A stretch of DNA of 64,000 nucleotides from an uncultured virus (IMG/VR IMGVR_UViG_3300037067_005627) (lineage: Duplodnaviria; Heunggongvirae; Uroviricota; Caudoviricetes). This document shows positions 45,232 through 55,063 of the stretch, one piece after another. A model generated the notes under the pieces. It had not been told where the DNA came from, made no database searches, and saw only the letters and a program-made list of their open reading frames with translations. The stretch is taken from the IMG/VR virus record IMGVR_UViG_3300037067_005627; one strand, written 5' to 3'. Position 1 is the stretch's first letter, and the number at the start of each line of letters is the position of its first letter. The translations under genes and the position numbers were made by a program.

Positions 45232-47187
45232 ATGGGCATCATAGAGAAAATTCAAAACTCAGATGGATGGGCAGTCGGTGCGCTACTTGCATTGCACCGA
45301 CTACAAACGCCAGACGAACAAGCTGTTCATGGTACGATTGAAGTTAATAACGCAGGGTTCAATAAGTTTGATGCGACATACCTTACAAGCCTTACAGATC
45401 AATACTACAGGACAAAGACGCTATCGCCAAAACAAATCCACCACATTAAATTGGCACTACCCAAGTATTGGCGACAACTTCAAACCTTGAGTATTCGGGA
45501 AGTCCAATTAAGTCCGCCACCAAAAGTGAAGGAAGTTCAAGAAGCAGATTTTGCAACCGATGGAAGGTTGGCGATAAAGTTTCTCTTTGAGAAAAGCGAT
45601 GTAGGGAAAGAGAAGTTCTTGAAGTGCCTTCAAATGGTAAAGTCCCTAGAGGGGCCAAGGGCTATATTCTTTCCAGATAAAGACCATGTTTGGAAAGCTG
45701 ATCTTACCCCTACCAACGTGACTATATTGAAACATGCAGGCTTCCAACTATCAGACAAACTAGGTTCCTGGCATAAAGCTATAAACAGGATTCCATCTGT
45801 AAGGACAAAGTTTAACATCAAAGGCTTGAAGTTACCTATCCGGCCCTTTCAACATCTAGGGGTTGGCTTTATTACATCAAGACAAGGAAGGGCGTTAATT
45901 GCGGATGATATGGGGCTAGGGAAAACAGTTCAAGCCCTTGCATGGATTCACTACAAAAAAGCATACCCTGCACTAATCGTTGTCCCTGCAACAGCTAAAC
46001 TAAATTGGGAAGCAGAAGTTAAGAAGTGGTTGCCAGATAATATCTCCTGTTCTGTCTTGTTTGGTATGAACGGGAACCATGCAAGCCTTGTGTCAAATCG
46101 TCCCAAAATCACGGTCATAAACTACGACATCCTTGATTCGTGGTCAAGTACCTTCGATGATATAAATACCCTTGTCTTGGACGAGGCTCATTTTGTGAAA
46201 AACAAAAAAGCTAAACGGTCTATGGCTGTGAGAACAGTTGCGAAGAAGGCAAAAAATATCATCGCATTGAGCGGAACCCCCATCATCAATCGCCCAGCAG
46301 AATTTTTCAATGTCCTTAACCTACTATCCCCTGAGCACTTCAATAATTTTTGGTATTACGCCAAGAAATTCTGCAATCCAAAGTATAACCGTTTTGGTTG
46401 GAACTTCACTGGCTCTTCTAATGTTGAAGAGCTTCATAAACTTCTAGTCAGGACAGTTATGATAAGGCGAACGAAATCAGAAGTCTTAAAGGAACTCCCC
46501 GCCAAGGTAAGAACAGTTGTCCCTATCGAAATTGATAACAAAGCTGAATATCAAAGAGCGCAAGACGATTTTGTTAAGTGGGTGAGGGATAACTTTGGAG
46601 AGGCTAAAGCTGTTAAAGCGTCTAATGCAGAAGCTTTAGCTAGAATAGAGGGGTTGAAACAACTAACCATCAAAGGCAAACTCAAAAACATCGTATCATG
46701 GATTCAAGACTTCCTTGAATCAGATCAAAAGCTGGTAGTCTTCGCCATACACCATCTCACCATAGATACCCTATTGTCTAGCTTCCCAAAAGAAATTTGC
46801 GTGAAGTTGGATGGGCGTGATGAAGTACATAAAAGACAACAGGCCATCAACTCATTTCAGAATGATCCGAAAGTGAGGCTCTTCATAGGGAATGTGAAGG
46901 CGGCAGGAACCGCAATCAATTTAACAGCGGCATCCAATACCTGTTTCACAGAACTAGGGTGGACGCCCGGAGAACATGATCAAGCAGAAGATAGGGTACA
47001 TAGGATTGGTCAAGAGGCTGATAGTGTAAGTGCTTATTATCTCTTGGGGGTAAAGACGATTGAAGAAGAGATAGCAGAACTTATAGACAATAAACGCCAA
47101 GTATTGAGTAGGATTTTGGATGGCAAAGAAGTGGGATCAGAAGGGATACTAACAGAGTTGCTAAACAATATTCTTGGAAAGGAGTAG
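45232..47187 (+). CDS. SNF2-family helicase/ATPase
   Basis: ADDMGLGKT, DEAH, LSGTP, GTAINLT and QAEDRVHRIGQ. Confidence 0.95.
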   Translation: MGIIEKIQNSDGWAVGALLALHRLQTPDEQAVHGTIEVNNAGFNKFDATYLTSLTDQYYRTKTLSPKQIHHIKLALPKYWRQLQTLSIREVQLSPPPKVKEVQEADFATDGRLAIKFLFEKSDVGKEKFLKCLQMVKSLEGPRAIFFPDKDHVWKADLTPTNVTILKHAGFQLSDKLGSWHKAINRIPSVRTKFNIKGLKLPIRPFQHLGVGFITSRQGRALIADDMGLGKTVQALAWIHYKKAYPALIVVPATAKLNWEAEVKKWLPDNISCSVLFGMNGNHASLVSNRPKITVINYDILDSWSSTFDDINTLVLDEAHFVKNKKAKRSMAVRTVAKKAKNIIALSGTPIINRPAEFFNVLNLLSPEHFNNFWYYAKKFCNPKYNRFGWNFTGSSNVEELHKLLVRTVMIRRTKSEVLKELPAKVRTVVPIEIDNKAEYQRAQDDFVKWVRDNFGEAKAVKASNAEALARIEGLKQLTIKGKLKNIVSWIQDFLESDQKLVVFAIHHLTIDTLLSSFPKEICVKLDGRDEVHKRQQAINSFQNDPKVRLFIGNVKAAGTAINLTAASNTCFTELGWTPGEHDQAEDRVHRIGQEADSVSAYYLLGVKTIEEEIAELIDNKRQVLSRILDGKEVGSEGILTELLNNILGKE

Positions 47188-47191
47188 GACA

Positions 47192-47368
47192 ATGGAACTA
47201 AAAAGAAGTAAGCTTTCGCCTAATAGATATGATTATTTAAGTGAGGAAGATTCCAAACTATACGATGAAGTAAAAGATAGCCAAGACCCAAAAGACAAGC
47301 AAATAAAAAAGCTATTAATCGACAAACTTAATGCTTGTCAAGGAGCTCATATTAATAGCGTATATTAA
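47192..47368 (+). CDS. Hypothetical protein
   Basis: AGGAG RBS. Confidence 0.55.
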   Translation: MELKRSKLSPNRYDYLSEEDSKLYDEVKDSQDPKDKQIKKLLIDKLNACQGAHINSVY

Positions 47369-47389
47369 CTCTTAGGACGGAGTAGAGCA

Positions 47390-47713
47390 ATGGGACAAAT
47401 GAGGATCATAGACCAAATAATCAGATTAAACGCTATATCCGATTATGATGGCCAGACTACGGTACGAGAAAGGTTTAATGGCAAGAAGATGTTAAGGAAA
47501 TTAATCTGTCAACTTCTCGACGAAGGGAAACAATTTTCAGTAAAGAAAAAGCCATTCTCTTTAGCGTTCTTAAAACAACGATGTAAGGGCTATCCTATGA
47601 AAAAATACGCGAAAAGTCATTTAGGCTGGTTCCCGTCAAGCACTGAAGAGTACGAGTTTGTCGCGAAGCCTTTTGACGATCGCTGGGTGTTCATTGTAAG
47701 TTGGAAGGACTGA
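47390..47713 (+). CDS. Hypothetical protein
   Basis: GGAG RBS. Confidence 0.6.
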   Translation: MGQMRIIDQIIRLNAISDYDGQTTVRERFNGKKMLRKLICQLLDEGKQFSVKKKPFSLAFLKQRCKGYPMKKYAKSHLGWFPSSTEEYEFVAKPFDDRWVFIVSWKD

Positions 47714-47729
47714 GAAGGAGGGTAAAACA

Positions 47730-48638
47730 ATGGGATTCACAGAATTTTTGGAAGCGTATGAGATTCCATATACCACATCAGGGAAACACGCAAGAGCAGG
47801 GTGGATTCAAATTGAGTGCCCATTCTGCGAAGGCAATCCTGGGTATCATGGTGGCGTTAATTTGAAGAAGATTTATTATAACTGCTGGAGATGTGGATGG
47901 CACCATGTCACTGATCTTATTCAGGCATTGGTTGGAGTAAGTCGAAACGCAGCTAAGGGAATCATACGTGATTATGACTTGGTTGGCGACTATATTGATG
48001 ATGAGCAAAGAGAAAAGTTTGGGAAGGTCAAGCTTATAATGCCGCCACACGCATCGGAAACGAAGTTCCACCTAACCACACGCCATCAACAATATCTCGT
48101 AGCCAGAGAATTTAGCCCACTCCAAATTCAAAACCAATGGGGGGTATATAGCGCGTCACATATCGGAGCCTACAAATTCAGAATGGTTATCCCTATCCGC
48201 TTCCAAACAGAGATAGTAAGCTTTACTACGCGAACAGCATCCAATCAAGAGCCAAAATATCTATCCTGCCCTAAAGATATGGAGATCATCCCTCACAAAG
48301 AAATCCTTTATGGCTTCGATGCGCTCCCAACTGATCATGTCATCGTTGTTGAAGGGCCTATAGATGTATGGCGATTTGATAGGAGAACGGTAGCCACATT
48401 TGGAATTAACTACAGCAGAAAACAATTACTTCTTCTGGCAAAGACTTTTAGTAAAATAACGGTAGTTTTTGACAACGAAGAAGAGGCTCAAGTACAAGCC
48501 TATACTCTTGCAGCAGAACTTATGGGGTTAGGAAGGTTGGCTGAAGTAAGGACTATTCCTACGCGCTATAAAGACCCTGCCGATATGTCTCAAGAAGATG
48601 CCAACCTGTTTACTTCTTCTTTACTCCCTCCTATATAA
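47730..48638 (+). CDS. DNA primase (zinc finger plus TOPRIM)
   Basis: CPFC...CWRC; PKY; VVEG.ID; FDN; KDPAD. Confidence 0.9.
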   Translation: MGFTEFLEAYEIPYTTSGKHARAGWIQIECPFCEGNPGYHGGVNLKKIYYNCWRCGWHHVTDLIQALVGVSRNAAKGIIRDYDLVGDYIDDEQREKFGKVKLIMPPHASETKFHLTTRHQQYLVAREFSPLQIQNQWGVYSASHIGAYKFRMVIPIRFQTEIVSFTTRTASNQEPKYLSCPKDMEIIPHKEILYGFDALPTDHVIVVEGPIDVWRFDRRTVATFGINYSRKQLLLLAKTFSKITVVFDNEEEAQVQAYTLAAELMGLGRLAEVRTIPTRYKDPADMSQEDANLFTSSLLPPI

Positions 48639-48654
48639 CTCCTGGAGCTACGTG

Positions 48655-48735
48655 ATTATTGTATCCATTGTATTAATACAATAATATAATAATACAATAA
48701 AAAAAGAATATATTATGAATATAATATATATACAT
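48655..48735. other. Very AT-rich intergenic tract, candidate replication origin
   Basis: Nearly all A/T, with TAATACAATAA twice and palindrome ATTGTATTAATACAAT; lies between the primase and helicase genes. Confidence 0.45.
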
Positions 48736-48769
48736 GATTTTTCGTTTTTTGTGTTTTAAGAGGGGCACA

Positions 48770-49228
48770 ATGAAAAACCTATTCAAAGAAGAAGCACATC
48801 TCCAAGGGAGAAACTGCTACATAGATATGTGGAATAGACTTCCAACTCCCTTCAAACACAGGAATATAAAGACTTCTTTATACAAGAGAACAGCACAATA
48901 CTTCTCCCAATTAGAAGCAGGAGCCTTTTGGAAAAGCAAGGTTATTGATAATGATTGGATAAGCAATATTGGACTATCCAAAAAGGAATTGGATAGGAGA
49001 TGGCAACACAACGAGATAATGAGAGCATTAAGAAGATTAGCAGGAATGTATAAAGAAGGGAACTGGCCTCCAAATAAATGGGGACTGCCAACAAACCTGC
49101 ACGATCTCCTTTATAATGCTCGCTCTAACAAGAGCATGATATTCCTTGTAATGAAACAGAAAGTGGTTAAGCATAAGACAGGTAAGAAAGAAGCAACTAT
49201 CCATGTGTCAGATCAATTCACTATCTAG
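48770..49228 (+). CDS. Hypothetical replication-module protein
   Basis: GAGGGG RBS at MKNLF; lies between primase and helicase. Confidence 0.65.
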   Translation: MKNLFKEEAHLQGRNCYIDMWNRLPTPFKHRNIKTSLYKRTAQYFSQLEAGAFWKSKVIDNDWISNIGLSKKELDRRWQHNEIMRALRRLAGMYKEGNWPPNKWGLPTNLHDLLYNARSNKSMIFLVMKQKVVKHKTGKKEATIHVSDQFTI

Positions 49229-49240
49229 AAAGGCAATCTA

Positions 49241-50788
49241 ATGAAAAGAGTTCGGCGTGATAATCTAGCAGGGGATATTCAACTTGAGCGCCAAATAGTG
49301 ACAGGGATGATATTGTCCCAATACTTCCTGAGAGAAGCAACAAAAACATACAAGGGGGATTCGTTAAGCCTACCATTCGCAAAGATAGTAGCAGGCTGGT
49401 GTACCCAATACTATGGAGAGTTTAAAGACGCGCCAAGGCAACACATTCAAGATATTTATAGGCGAAATAAAGACGAATTGCCAGAGGATAGCGCAGCGGT
49501 AATTGAAGAGTTCTTATTCTCCCTGTCAGAAGAGTTTAAAAAACAGGAGGCAGCATTTAATAGCGATTACGTGTTGAAAAATACGGATGAATATTTCAGA
49601 CTAAGGGCATTAACAAGTGCAAGAGACAAATTAGATCGAGCCATAATCTCTAGCAAGATAGAAGAAGGGGAAGCAGTAATAAGTGGGTTTCATAGGGCGA
49701 CTCGACCTATCGCTGTAGGCGTTGATCCTTTCAGGGACTTCCAATATGTTGAGGATGCTTTTAACGCAGATGAAAGGGAGCTATTGTTTTCTTTCCCTGG
49801 TGACTTAGGGCGATTATTAGGGCCATTTTATAGGAGTTGGTTTGGCATGGTTGTTGGTGCTCAAGGGAGGGGAAAGACATGGTGGCTATTAGAGGCTGCT
49901 ATGAGGGCGTTATTAAAGAGGCTCAATGTCCTCTTTGTGTCTATGGAAATGACAGAGAAACAAATGATTAGGCGAATGTATCATTGGATTACGGGCCTAC
50001 CAAACAAGAGATGGGCAGGAGAGATTCTCTTCCCAAAGTTTGATTGCTTATGGAATCAAGATGGAAGTTGCGATATGCAAGGAAGGGCGTGGTCAGGGCG
50101 ATTATTAGGGAAGGGTAAAGAGTTACCGTCTTTTGAAGAGGCTGAACAGGTAGGTTATAAGATATGCGTTGCGTGTCGTGGTGAAGACGCCTATACCCCT
50201 TCGGTTTGGTACAAAAAGAAAGTGTTCAAAGAACTCGACATCCAAGAGGGGATTGAAAAGGCTGAGGACTTGGCGAAGTATCTACTTAGAGGGGCTAGAC
50301 TGAAATTGGTGACGGTTCCTGCCGGCCTTATAAGTGTTAAAGATATTCGGGTGATGTTGGAAAATTATGAGCACTACCAGAATTGGATGCCTGATATAGT
50401 TATAACCGACTACTCGGACAAGATGGCGCCAGATAATAAATTCGAGAAAGAGTATAGGCATCGACTTAACGATATAAGCGCAGCACATAAAGCGTTAGCG
50501 TTAGACAAGAACATACTCGTCCTAACAGCCAGTCAAACTTCGATAGGGCGCGATGAAGACAGGGATATCGATAGCGGCGGTTTTGCAGAGGACATCAGGA
50601 AGAAAGGGGAGATAGATATAGGCTGGTCATTGAACCAGACAGCGATGGAAAAACGGAGGGGGATTATGCGGGTCAAGACCATGAAGCAGAGACATGATGA
50701 TTACTCAACGCTTGATTCGTGTATCGTTTTACAACAGTTAAAACTAGGAAAACCATACCTGGATTCCTGTATAAACCGGGGTTTTTGA
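49241..50788 (+). CDS. Replicative DnaB-like (SF4) helicase with a Cys-rich insert
   Basis: GAQGRGKT, SMEM, ITDYSD, TASQ, AEDI.K and K.R motifs. Confidence 0.9.
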   Translation: MKRVRRDNLAGDIQLERQIVTGMILSQYFLREATKTYKGDSLSLPFAKIVAGWCTQYYGEFKDAPRQHIQDIYRRNKDELPEDSAAVIEEFLFSLSEEFKKQEAAFNSDYVLKNTDEYFRLRALTSARDKLDRAIISSKIEEGEAVISGFHRATRPIAVGVDPFRDFQYVEDAFNADERELLFSFPGDLGRLLGPFYRSWFGMVVGAQGRGKTWWLLEAAMRALLKRLNVLFVSMEMTEKQMIRRMYHWITGLPNKRWAGEILFPKFDCLWNQDGSCDMQGRAWSGRLLGKGKELPSFEEAEQVGYKICVACRGEDAYTPSVWYKKKVFKELDIQEGIEKAEDLAKYLLRGARLKLVTVPAGLISVKDIRVMLENYEHYQNWMPDIVITDYSDKMAPDNKFEKEYRHRLNDISAAHKALALDKNILVLTASQTSIGRDEDRDIDSGGFAEDIRKKGEIDIGWSLNQTAMEKRRGIMRVKTMKQRHDDYSTLDSCIVLQQLKLGKPYLDSCINRGF

Positions 50789-50813
50789 CGGTTTTTAACG
50801 GGTAGGTTATAAT
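50785..50813 (+). promoter_or_regulatory. Sigma70-type promoter
   Basis: TTGACG-17-TATAAT. Confidence 0.85.
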
Positions 50814-50936
50814 TGTTTTTCGCGTTTCGGTATCGGTTTTCCGAAAGGGGGTGATGCTATGAATTAAAAGGTAGTAAGCATTTTAATGTTTGTTGAGCTC
50901 AAGAAACAATAACAATCTTACATTAAGGAGTTACAA

Positions 50937-51761
50937 ATGGTATTCAAGAAAGCAGGAGTAAAGAAGGTTGTGAAGAAGGCTGGCGAATCCAAGTACGTGA
51001 AAGTTGCAAAAGAGTTGACCGAGCTGATGGGTCTTGATCCGGCCATCGACACATCGGTTGATGAGGAAGAGCTTCAGGGTCTCCTGGTTGAAGCTGGGGG
51101 GATGTTGGACGCCAATGACACCATTTCGGATTTGGCTACAGAGGTTCTCACTGAGTTGGGTGTCGAGCTCCCCTCAGGCGAGGAAGAAGAGGAAGAGAAG
51201 CCGGCTAAGAAGGTGGTTAAGAGGGCTGCGACCACGAAGCCTGCAAAGAAAGTTCCGATGAAAAAGGCCGCGAAGGTCGAAGAGGAAGAAGAAGAGGAGG
51301 AGCCTGAGGAAGAAGAGGAAGAAGAGGAAACGGCTGAGGGCGATGAGTTGGATGATCTCGACCGTTCCGGGCTCAAGAAGTTCATCGCAGAGAACGAGCT
51401 GGATATAAAGGTATTCAAGTCCATGAAAGATGATGACATCCGGGCTGCGATTCGCGCTATTGCGGAACCTGAAGAGGAAGAGAAACCCGCAAAGAAAGCA
51501 CCTGCGAAGAAAGCACCTATGAAGAAGGCTGTCAAGAAGGAGGAAGAGTCCGGCCCCACACGCGCCGAGGTTTTCAAGGAGATTATGGAAGAGGGTGGCG
51601 GAACCCAAGAAGAGATTGTTGAGTCTATGCACGCCAACTACAAGGACGGGAACTCTTCTGAGGCAGAAGCAAGGTTCCAGGTTGGTCTCTTCCTGAGACT
51701 GCTTCGGACGATGGGATTTGTCGAGAAGAACAAGAAAGACAAGTATGTGCTGATCGGGTAA
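50937..51761 (+). CDS. Acidic, PAKK-repeat, nucleoid-associated-like protein
   Basis: Poly-Glu tracts alternate with histone-H1-like PAKK/PMKK repeats; C-terminal wHTH-like segment; own promoter. Confidence 0.7.
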   Translation: MVFKKAGVKKVVKKAGESKYVKVAKELTELMGLDPAIDTSVDEEELQGLLVEAGGMLDANDTISDLATEVLTELGVELPSGEEEEEEKPAKKVVKRAATTKPAKKVPMKKAAKVEEEEEEEEPEEEEEEEETAEGDELDDLDRSGLKKFIAENELDIKVFKSMKDDDIRAAIRAIAEPEEEEKPAKKAPAKKAPMKKAVKKEEESGPTRAEVFKEIMEEGGGTQEEIVESMHANYKDGNSSEAEARFQVGLFLRLLRTMGFVEKNKKDKYVLIG

Positions 51762-51770
51762 GCATTCACC

Positions 51771-52595
51771 GTGATCACCAATACTCCAATACAGAAGGTT
51801 GGCCTTGGCGGCAAAACAATCTATGTCAAGAGAGAAGACATGGCCTGTGAGTCGCCAGGGCCACCTTTTTCTAAAGTAAGGGGTCTTATCCCTTATCTCC
51901 GCTCTATCCCCCAAGTCAAACATATAGCTTATATGGAAACGTCTATCTCTATGGCAGGATGGGGGGTGTCATATTCGGCGGGGAAAGTGGATAAGGAGGC
52001 AACAATCTTTTATCCCCGATACAAAGCTGGCCTTAAAGATAATCAAGCATTCCAAATGGAGAAATGGAAAGAGTTTGGAGCTAACATTATCCCTATCAAA
52101 AGACCTAACATGCAAAACATTAACTTCCTTATGGCAAAACATCTTTTGGAAGAGATTGACCCAAAGGCATTACTTCTCCCTTTAGGGTTGTCCTTCCCTC
52201 AAACAGTGACAGCGGTAGCAAGGGAATTGTTGCGAACTCACAAGTCCTTTTTGACGGGCTCCATTGTTTGTTCTGTCGGAAGTGGAACTATGATGGCAGG
52301 AATAATAAGGGGGTTATCGCATACCTCTTGCCGCCCTGACCTTTACGGAGTTCTGGCTGCAAAGAAAGGGGTACTCGGAATATACACTAAGATCGAACGG
52401 ATGGCTAATTGTTTCCATACTTACAACCTCCGCATTGTCAGCCATGGATATGAATACACCCAAGCTGAAGAATGCGCCGTTCCATTCCCTTGCAACAAGT
52501 ATTACGACAGGAAGGCTTGGAAGTGGATGATTGATCACATTGGGCAACTAAAGGAGCCAATTCTTTTCTGGAACATAGGGGGAGATGGCAAATAA
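51771..52595 (+). CDS. PLP-dependent fold-type II enzyme (ACC deaminase/D-cysteine desulfhydrase-like)
   Basis: YVKRED...SK.R, SVGSGT..AG, YYD.KAW and FWNIG. Confidence 0.85.
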   Translation: MITNTPIQKVGLGGKTIYVKREDMACESPGPPFSKVRGLIPYLRSIPQVKHIAYMETSISMAGWGVSYSAGKVDKEATIFYPRYKAGLKDNQAFQMEKWKEFGANIIPIKRPNMQNINFLMAKHLLEEIDPKALLLPLGLSFPQTVTAVARELLRTHKSFLTGSIVCSVGSGTMMAGIIRGLSHTSCRPDLYGVLAAKKGVLGIYTKIERMANCFHTYNLRIVSHGYEYTQAEECAVPFPCNKYYDRKAWKWMIDHIGQLKEPILFWNIGGDGK

Positions 52596-53104
52596 TGGAA
52601 AAGATAATTATCAATATCAATGGGCAGAAAGAGTTCGTTGCATATAAAAGTGCGGCTGGTGCTCTCTTCGCACAGTTCATCCCCTTCCTTAAAACAATGG
52701 ATTGCGCCACCCTCCGAGAGAATGTACGATGGGCTTACTGGATACTCCAAGTCATAGACAGGAAGGAATATAACAGACGCCATAAGAAGACTTGGAAGTG
52801 GCTGTCTTCAGTGATGAAGGCTAAAGGGGATTTTAACCAAGAGCCTGTGGTCAAGTTCGTCATCAACTCCCATCTTGCTTCTATTGACATGGGGCTTCTA
52901 AGGGGATTTGGATTATCCAAGGGGCACAGAACAAAGGGCAGAACTAAGGTGACAGGTGGTTCATACTCTGACCCTGAACGCTATACTATCTATCCAGAGA
53001 TAACTCCGAAGACTGAGTGGCCCGAAGTCCTGAAGAAGAAGCGATTTACCAGGAGACAAGGAGCGCACATCTATAAGAACGTAAAGATAAGGGGGATAAA
53101 GTAA
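52595..53104 (+). CDS. Hypothetical basic protein
   Basis: TAATG coupling at both ends. Confidence 0.7.
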   Translation: MEKIIININGQKEFVAYKSAAGALFAQFIPFLKTMDCATLRENVRWAYWILQVIDRKEYNRRHKKTWKWLSSVMKAKGDFNQEPVVKFVINSHLASIDMGLLRGFGLSKGHRTKGRTKVTGGSYSDPERYTIYPEITPKTEWPEVLKKKRFTRRQGAHIYKNVKIRGIK

Positions 53105-53334
53105 TGGGAAAAGGGATTGTTAAGATCACTCCAAAACTGTTGCTTTCTGGCTTAGGCTCAGTTCCTGCGGATTGGGAGATTGAAAGCATTCATATGAATC
53201 CTGGGGACGAGTACGCGACAGCGGTTATTACAGGTTTTGACTTCCCTGAAGTTCATGAAGATTGGCATGTGCGGGAATGTCGGATTATTGTTCATACAGG
53301 GCACACAACTTTTGAAGTGCAGGAGATATTGTAA
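53104..53334 (+). CDS. Hypothetical protein
   Basis: TAATG coupling. Confidence 0.65.
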   Translation: MGKGIVKITPKLLLSGLGSVPADWEIESIHMNPGDEYATAVITGFDFPEVHEDWHVRECRIIVHTGHTTFEVQEIL

Positions 53335-53606
53335 TGAGACCTACAATGAAGATGTTTGTCAGGCGTCTTGAACAGATGTTGGACAAAGCAAAAAGAGAGG
53401 ATACGGCTTTGCGTCTCTATTGTCCAGGTGGGTTGAAATTCTCCGCCGCCTCTCATCCCACTTTAGGATTGGATGGCGGAAACTGGTGCCATTATTGTAA
53501 GGAGTTTATGGAGACTATGTTGTGTCCTTGTGATAAATATGGCCCATATTCTTACGAAGAAGCAAGAAGGAGGATCGAAGAATGGAGAGAGAAGAATGTG
53601 GCGTGA
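53334..53606 (+). CDS. Cys-rich hypothetical protein
   Basis: CP...CHYC...CPC. Confidence 0.65.
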   Translation: MRPTMKMFVRRLEQMLDKAKREDTALRLYCPGGLKFSAASHPTLGLDGGNWCHYCKEFMETMLCPCDKYGPYSYEEARRRIEEWREKNVA

Positions 53607-53716
53607 TTTAACGACTGGCGGAGAAGGGATAGGGGCAACGAAAAGTTTTATCAAGTCGTTGGTGTGGCCATTAGTTATTATCCTTGTCGCTATATGGCTT
53701 TGGTGGGGATTATAAG

Positions 53717-54679
53717 ATGTTGTTCACAAGATTCTCAAGAGGCGATAGTAAGGGTAAAAACCTAGACGCCCTTAACCATTCAAGGAAACTCAGGCAGGAT
53801 TTCAAGACAGAGTTCGGGTGTATCCCGCGCTCTATCCTGGTACGTGACCCCACCGATAAGGCTATTGATCCTTCAGCTAAAGACAGGGGTTATATAAGGC
53901 TTAGTCGATTAGCCCTCAAAGAGAATGATGGAATATCAGATCGCAAGCTTCAATCAGCTTTTGAGACTGCATATCGTGGGGTCAGAGGTAAGCCAGGGGA
54001 TAAGAAGACAACGGGGATGGCTCTATCCAGGTTCCCTCAGAATATAGGGCGTATCCTTGTCAAGTTCTACTGCCCTAAAGGGGGGATAGTTTATGATCCA
54101 TTCGCAGGGCACAACTCTCGTATGCAACTTACTTTTGAAGCAGGTCGGAGTTACATAGGGTACGACATATCCAAGCAGTTCATGGAACACAACAGGGCGA
54201 TCAGAGATATTCTGTTACAAAACCAAAAAGGTTCCCTTATCCAAGACGACACTTTCATTGATCTAAACGAGAGAAGTTCCCATGACACTGGTTTGGATAA
54301 TGAGATAGCGGATTTTACGGTTACATCACCGCCATATTGGGACATAGAATATTATGGCGATGAGCCTGAACAACTTGGCAACACAAAAACTTATGATGCT
54401 TTTTTAGAAAAGATCGGTCATCATATCGTGGAAAACTATCGGGCGCTTAAATCAGGAGCTTTTTGTTGTTGGTGCATCAATGACTTCAGAAAAGGCGGAA
54501 AGTTTTACCCCTATCATGCAGACCTTATCCCTATATTTGAAGATGCCGGATTTGTGTTATGGACGATTTATATCATCGACTTAGGAGAGCCGGCACAAAA
54601 CGCTTTTGTTAGACCAATGGTTCAGAGGATGGCGTTCCATAAGAGTCATGAATATTGCTTGGTATTTAAGAAGGGGTAG
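53717..54679 (+). CDS. DNA amino-methyltransferase (N4-C/N6-A type)
   Basis: YDPFAG SAM-binding motif, TSPPY catalytic motif, HEY..VF.K. Confidence 0.9.
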   Translation: MLFTRFSRGDSKGKNLDALNHSRKLRQDFKTEFGCIPRSILVRDPTDKAIDPSAKDRGYIRLSRLALKENDGISDRKLQSAFETAYRGVRGKPGDKKTTGMALSRFPQNIGRILVKFYCPKGGIVYDPFAGHNSRMQLTFEAGRSYIGYDISKQFMEHNRAIRDILLQNQKGSLIQDDTFIDLNERSSHDTGLDNEIADFTVTSPPYWDIEYYGDEPEQLGNTKTYDAFLEKIGHHIVENYRALKSGAFCCWCINDFRKGGKFYPYHADLIPIFEDAGFVLWTIYIIDLGEPAQNAFVRPMVQRMAFHKSHEYCLVFKKG

Positions 54680-54688
54680 GGTAAAAGC

Positions 54689-55051
54689 ATGGAAGAAATG
54701 TTCATTAAGTTTATGGCGAAAGAACTTGAGAAATTGCTATCGAGGGAGATAGACGAATCCAAAATCCTTTTTGGCGGCAACAAAGGGAGGGAAGAGATGC
54801 TAAAGTTTACTGAAGATGAGGCTACGAAGTTGGCAACTGATCATGTCGAGTGGTTCCTATCAACACTCAAACCGTTGTTAATTTCTCACTTCGTTCATGG
54901 CTTTAAACATGGGGTTGAAGATAGCAACAAGGACAAGATAAAGATAAACGTCACAGGAGCTTCTATATGGCCTGATCCACCATTTACAACAACAGAATCC
55001 CAATATACTATAGACGAAGCAGAGAAAGAAGCAATACTAAAGGCGCTTTAA
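54689..55051 (+). CDS. Hypothetical protein
   Basis: HGFKHG motif; ORF in operon. Confidence 0.65.
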   Translation: MEEMFIKFMAKELEKLLSREIDESKILFGGNKGREEMLKFTEDEATKLATDHVEWFLSTLKPLLISHFVHGFKHGVEDSNKDKIKINVTGASIWPDPPFTTTESQYTIDEAEKEAILKAL

Positions 55052-55063
55052 AAAGGAGCAACT

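Noticed and set aside
51074..51923. Long - strand ORFs rich in Ser, Phe and Leu
   Set aside because: They are the reverse complement of the low-complexity Glu/Lys gene
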